A DNA stretch of 32,218 nt, from assembly GCA_014237955.1 (NCBI GenBank), contig JABABY010000006.1, positions 1-32,218 on the forward strand, given 5' to 3'. The DNA comes from Planctomycetota bacterium. Its GTDB lineage: Bacteria > Planctomycetota > Planctomycetia > Pirellulales > UBA7805. Shown here one piece after another: positions 28,782 through 32,218 of this stretch. Made by a program: the position numbers and the translations under genes. Below the pieces are notes generated by a model. That model had not been told where the DNA came from and did not search any database. It saw nothing but the letters and a program-made list of their open reading frames with translations. How positions within the stretch are numbered: position 1 is the first letter of the stretch; every line of letters begins with the position of its first letter.

Positions 28782-31700
28782 ATGGTACTTCCCAATCATC
28801 TTGTCCGATTCCGATGGATTGCACAACTGCTCGTTGCAATCACCGCAGCCGGAGCAATGGCATCTGCCGCTGACAGAGAGAGCGAACCGATAATACATTG
28901 GGATTTGACCTCCCCGCCTCTCTCGCACCATGCGCATGGGTTGCCCCGTGAGGTGATCCCATCGCAGTTGCACGGGCCACAATTCGGCAACACGCCCCCG
29001 CATGCCTTAATCTTCACCAGCAATCAACAACAAGTGACAACACGACTCACAAATGATCAAACAGCCTCCCTCCCCAAAACGGCCCTTTCCCTCGAAGTTT
29101 GGGTGCGCTCCGAAGAAAACAAGAAGCGCTTCGGTCTTATCTCGTGCAAAGGGGAAAAACGGATCGCCTGGATTTTGGGAGGAAATGCGGATCATTTTTT
29201 CTTTACCCTCGCAAGTGAGAAAAAAGAGCGATCCACACAGCTTACTGCCCGCCCCTTCTACCAAGTGGGACAGTGGTACCTTCTAACGGGAACCTATGAT
29301 GGGCAACGGCAGAAGCTGTACGTCGATGGCCATTTGGCGGCCGAAGCCTTTGAACAGCGCGAAAATATATTGCCGCTCAGTTCGCCCGAGATTCAAATCG
29401 GGATCCTTCCGGCACAGAATGAAAACAATCCAACTCAGACATTTTTTTCCGGGCAGCTTGGGTCGGTTCACATTTGGGATCGGGCTCTTACGGCAGTTGA
29501 GATCAAAAAACGCTTTGACGCACAACAAGCGAACTTTCCTGGTGCTCTCGCAGTCTACGACTCGACGCGTGATTGGCCCACATTTGGCCACGACAACTAT
29601 CGCAGCGGTCGGGCAGGTGCTGAACCGAGGCTGCCTCTACACCTGGCATGGCGCCGCAAAATGTTGCCCGCTCCAGAACCTGCATGGCCACCACCAGCCA
29701 AACAGGATTTTTGGAACAACAAGCAAAATCTTCAACCGAGGGTCAACTTCGACCGCTGTTTCGAGCCCGTTGTCTCCAAGGGACGAATTTACCTTGGCTC
29801 CTCGAGCAACGATCAACTCTATTGCCTGGACCTGGAAACCGGAAAGACACTCTGGCGTTTTTTTGCTGAGGGACCGATACGGCTTGCACCAACGGTCGCT
29901 GACGGACGGGTATTGTTTGGATCGGATGACGGCCGGGTGTATTGCCTCAATGCAACATCGGGCCAACAAATTTGGCGCTATGAGTCGGAGGGCAATTTTT
30001 TTCCCGGTAATGGACGGTTGGTCCATCCCGGGTTGGTCCGTAGCGGTATTTTTGTTGAAAAGGGGCGCGTCTTCTTCACCACCGGCTTGTTCCCACGCCA
30101 AGGCGTCCGGCTTGTATCACTCGATCTTCACGATGGAAAACGTATTCGCCAAAAACGACTAGCGAGCTCCCCGCAAGGTTATTTAGGACGTCGTGGAGGG
30201 CGATTGTTTGCCGCCACATGGCGCAACCTCCGGGGATCCGTGCTCGAATCACTCGACGCTTCAAAAAAAGATCCTTTTATCGAACTGCCCACTTTGTTTC
30301 CGCCGTTTGATCAAATTGTGATCGAGGCGGGTAACGTCATCTTCGGTGGAGGAGCGGGAGGTGTGGTTGCCTTTTCGCGCGAGGGGGGTAAACCACTTTG
30401 GGAGGCTTCAATCGAGGGTACCTGCACGAGTCTCCTACTGGCCAATGATCACCTACTGGCAAGCACGCAGGAGGGAGACCTTTATTGTTTTACGCCGAAG
30501 GCTCAAGAAACTTCTATAGTCCCCCCGGCACCGGCAAACAGACGCGGCGGTATATCGACCAAAAACAAGGCGGGCCGACAGGCTGCGAACATTCTTAACG
30601 CTAGTGGACTCCGGAAAGGATATTGTCTTTTGCTAGGGGAAGATTTGGGCGATCTGGCCGAAGCTTTAGCTCTCAAGTCGCAGATGCAGATTGTCGTCGC
30701 TGTTCCGCATGCTCAAAAAGCAGCCGCGCTGCGCGAGAAGCTCCACCAAAGGCAACTTTATGGAAAGGTCGTCGTTCATGATCTTGAGAACGCAAAAAGG
30801 CTTCCTTATGGAGATTGGATATTCAACATTGTGGTAGCCAATCGCAAAGATGGCTCAGAGTCGCTTCCACCAGAGGAGGAAGTGTGGCGCGTTATACGGC
30901 CCGAGGGAGGCTGTCTGTGGAATGGAACCGATCTGAAACCCACTTTTCGCAAACCACTCGATGGAGCGGGCGAGTGGACGCACCTTTACGGAAACGCTGC
31001 CAATACGGCCTGTAGCGGGGACATCCACGTTCGCGGCCCATTGGCCCTCCAATGGTTTGGGCTACCAGGACCGCAATCTATGGTCGACCGACACCATCGG
31101 AGCGCAGCTCCTCTGTACAAATCGGGAGTACTCTATGTCCCTGGAAATGAAAAAATATATGGGGTCGATGCGTATAACGGAACCGTCCGCTGGGAGGTCG
31201 ATGTTCCCGGTTCGCGGAGGATCGGTATGTTGCGGGATTGCGGCACGATGTGTGCGGCGCAAGAAGGGATTTTTGTTGCGGCCGGAAAAATGTGCACCTT
31301 ACTTTCCGCCACGGATGGAAAGCCTGTCTGGCAATTTGAGGTGCCTTCCTCAGGGGAACCATCGTCGCTCGAGTGGGGCCTTGTTGCGTGTGATGATGGG
31401 CTCCTTTTCGGTAGTGGTGTTCCTGCGGGTGGCATTCGTCGCGGCCATAGCCGGAAGTCGATCATCGAAGGCACTTACTGGGATTATCGTCCAATTGTTA
31501 TTAGCAATTCTCTGTTTGCTTTCGATCAAAAAACTCGGAAGAGACAGTGGCTCTATGCGCCGGCCAATCGTGTGATTCTCAATCCAACCATCACCTTAGG
31601 TGGAAAACAAATATACTTTGTTGAAGTTGCGAAACCGGTCAACCCGAAAACAACCGGTCGGGTGAAGATCGACAAGGCTCTCGACCGGGACGCAAAACTG

Positions 31701-32218
31701 GTGGCGATCTCTACAGCAACCGGTAAGATCGCCTGGGAGCAAGCGGTCGATTATGCGGCGATCGAGCACCACCTCTATGCCCTTTACGGCCAAAATATTT
31801 TGGTGACCGTTGGCTCGCGAAATCAGCCAAGGGGCAAGAAGGGTGAATCACAGGTCTGGTACGACCTACATGCCTACGATGCGAAGACTGGGAAGCTGCT
31901 CTGGAAAAAGTCGCAGAATAATAAAACTTCTTCTGGGGGCGATCATGGTGAACAGGACCACCACCCGGTCCTGATTGGCAACCGCCTTTTTGCAGAACCC
32001 TTTGCCTACCGCCTGCGGACTGGGGAGCCCGTGAGCGACTGGCAGTGGGATCAGAGGCATCGAGGAGGTTGTGGAACGGTTTCGGCATCGGGTGGGGCCT
32101 TCTTCTTCCGCGACTCAAATGCCGCGATGTTTGACCTCACAGACCAAAAGTACTTCAAGATCACACAGGTAAGCCGCCCCGGCTGTTGGATCAACATGAT
32201 TCCGGCCGGCGGTTTGCT
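28782..32218 (+). CDS. Large secreted LamG + PQQ-like beta-propeller protein with internal degenerate methyltransferase-like domain; runs off the window
   Basis: Not in the ORF track because no stop falls inside the window. Signal peptide MVLPNHLVRFRWIAQLLVAITAAGAMASA; LamG WYLLTGTYDG..LYVDG..IWDRAL; DWPTFGHDNYRSG; YCLDLETGKTLW; KGYCLLLG..LPYGD..EVWRVIRPEGG; GEWTHLYGNAANTACSGD; ends SRPGCWINMIPAGGL. Confidence 0.88.
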   Translation, partial: MVLPNHLVRFRWIAQLLVAITAAGAMASAADRESEPIIHWDLTSPPLSHHAHGLPREVIPSQLHGPQFGNTPPHALIFTSNQQQVTTRLTNDQTASLPKTALSLEVWVRSEENKKRFGLISCKGEKRIAWILGGNADHFFFTLASEKKERSTQLTARPFYQVGQWYLLTGTYDGQRQKLYVDGHLAAEAFEQRENILPLSSPEIQIGILPAQNENNPTQTFFSGQLGSVHIWDRALTAVEIKKRFDAQQANFPGALAVYDSTRDWPTFGHDNYRSGRAGAEPRLPLHLAWRRKMLPAPEPAWPPPAKQDFWNNKQNLQPRVNFDRCFEPVVSKGRIYLGSSSNDQLYCLDLETGKTLWRFFAEGPIRLAPTVADGRVLFGSDDGRVYCLNATSGQQIWRYESEGNFFPGNGRLVHPGLVRSGIFVEKGRVFFTTGLFPRQGVRLVSLDLHDGKRIRQKRLASSPQGYLGRRGGRLFAATWRNLRGSVLESLDASKKDPFIELPTLFPPFDQIVIEAGNVIFGGGAGGVVAFSREGGKPLWEASIEGTCTSLLLANDHLLASTQEGDLYCFTPKAQETSIVPPAPANRRGGISTKNKAGRQAANILNASGLRKGYCLLLGEDLGDLAEALALKSQMQIVVAVPHAQKAAALREKLHQRQLYGKVVVHDLENAKRLPYGDWIFNIVVANRKDGSESLPPEEEVWRVIRPEGGCLWNGTDLKPTFRKPLDGAGEWTHLYGNAANTACSGDIHVRGPLALQWFGLPGPQSMVDRHHRSAAPLYKSGVLYVPGNEKIYGVDAYNGTVRWEVDVPGSRRIGMLRDCGTMCAAQEGIFVAAGKMCTLLSATDGKPVWQFEVPSSGEPSSLEWGLVACDDGLLFGSGVPAGGIRRGHSRKSIIEGTYWDYRPIVISNSLFAFDQKTRKRQWLYAPANRVILNPTITLGGKQIYFVEVAKPVNPKTTGRVKIDKALDRDAKLVAISTATGKIAWEQAVDYAAIEHHLYALYGQNILVTVGSRNQPRGKKGESQVWYDLHAYDAKTGKLLWKKSQNNKTSSGGDHGEQDHHPVLIGNRLFAEPFAYRLRTGEPVSDWQWDQRHRGGCGTVSASGGAFFFRDSNAAMFDLTDQKYFKITQVSRPGCWINMIPAGGL

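Noticed and set aside
28620-32118. Many 60-290 aa ORFs in the track
   Set aside because: They overlap the single long plus-strand frame from 28782 and have no motifs of their own
1-32218. Genome-wide UGA reassignment explaining both in-frame TGAs
   Set aside because: TGA acts as a normal stop for several genes here (aldo/keto reductase, yjbQ, lepA, DUF1570, methyltransferase at 13447) and Trp uses TGG
1-32218. CRISPR arrays, transposases, integrases, prophage genes, tRNA-Sec or sel genes
   Set aside because: No regularly spaced repeats or matching motifs were seen; any Sec machinery must lie outside this window

Overview
Bacterial chromosomal window that looks like a Planctomycetota (Pirellulaceae-like) genome, judged from a planctomycete cytochrome c/DUF1549 protein, DUF1559, DUF1570 and a LamG/PQQ-like propeller protein. 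Most of it is housekeeping: dapL, an aldo/keto reductase, a CBS-korA-korB-CBS operon, ribBA, uppP, tmRNA, a CbiX-type chelatase, CinA/PncC, a K+ channel, YbaK, YjbQ, lepA, a ROK kinase, tRNA-His and a YgiQ radical SAM protein. The strongest finding is a gene missed by the ORF track at 26020-26376 (+). It encodes a lipoprotein with a heavy-metal-associated (HMA, MerP/CopZ-like) domain whose first metal-binding Cys is an in-frame TGA (GMT-U-PVG-C), followed by a SECIS-like hairpin, so it is a probable selenoprotein metallochaperone. It lies in a small islet downstream of tRNA-His that also holds a TGA-interrupted methyltransferase and a deaminase. Other leads are a ~200-nt rod-like fold upstream of dapL, CBS and Zn-ribbon genes flanking the 2-oxoacid:ferredoxin oxidoreductase with candidate operator sites, a secreted CHAP-like Cys-His-Glu hydrolase, and a LamG-propeller-degenerate methyltransferase-propeller fusion. 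All calls come from reading motifs by eye; no searches were run.
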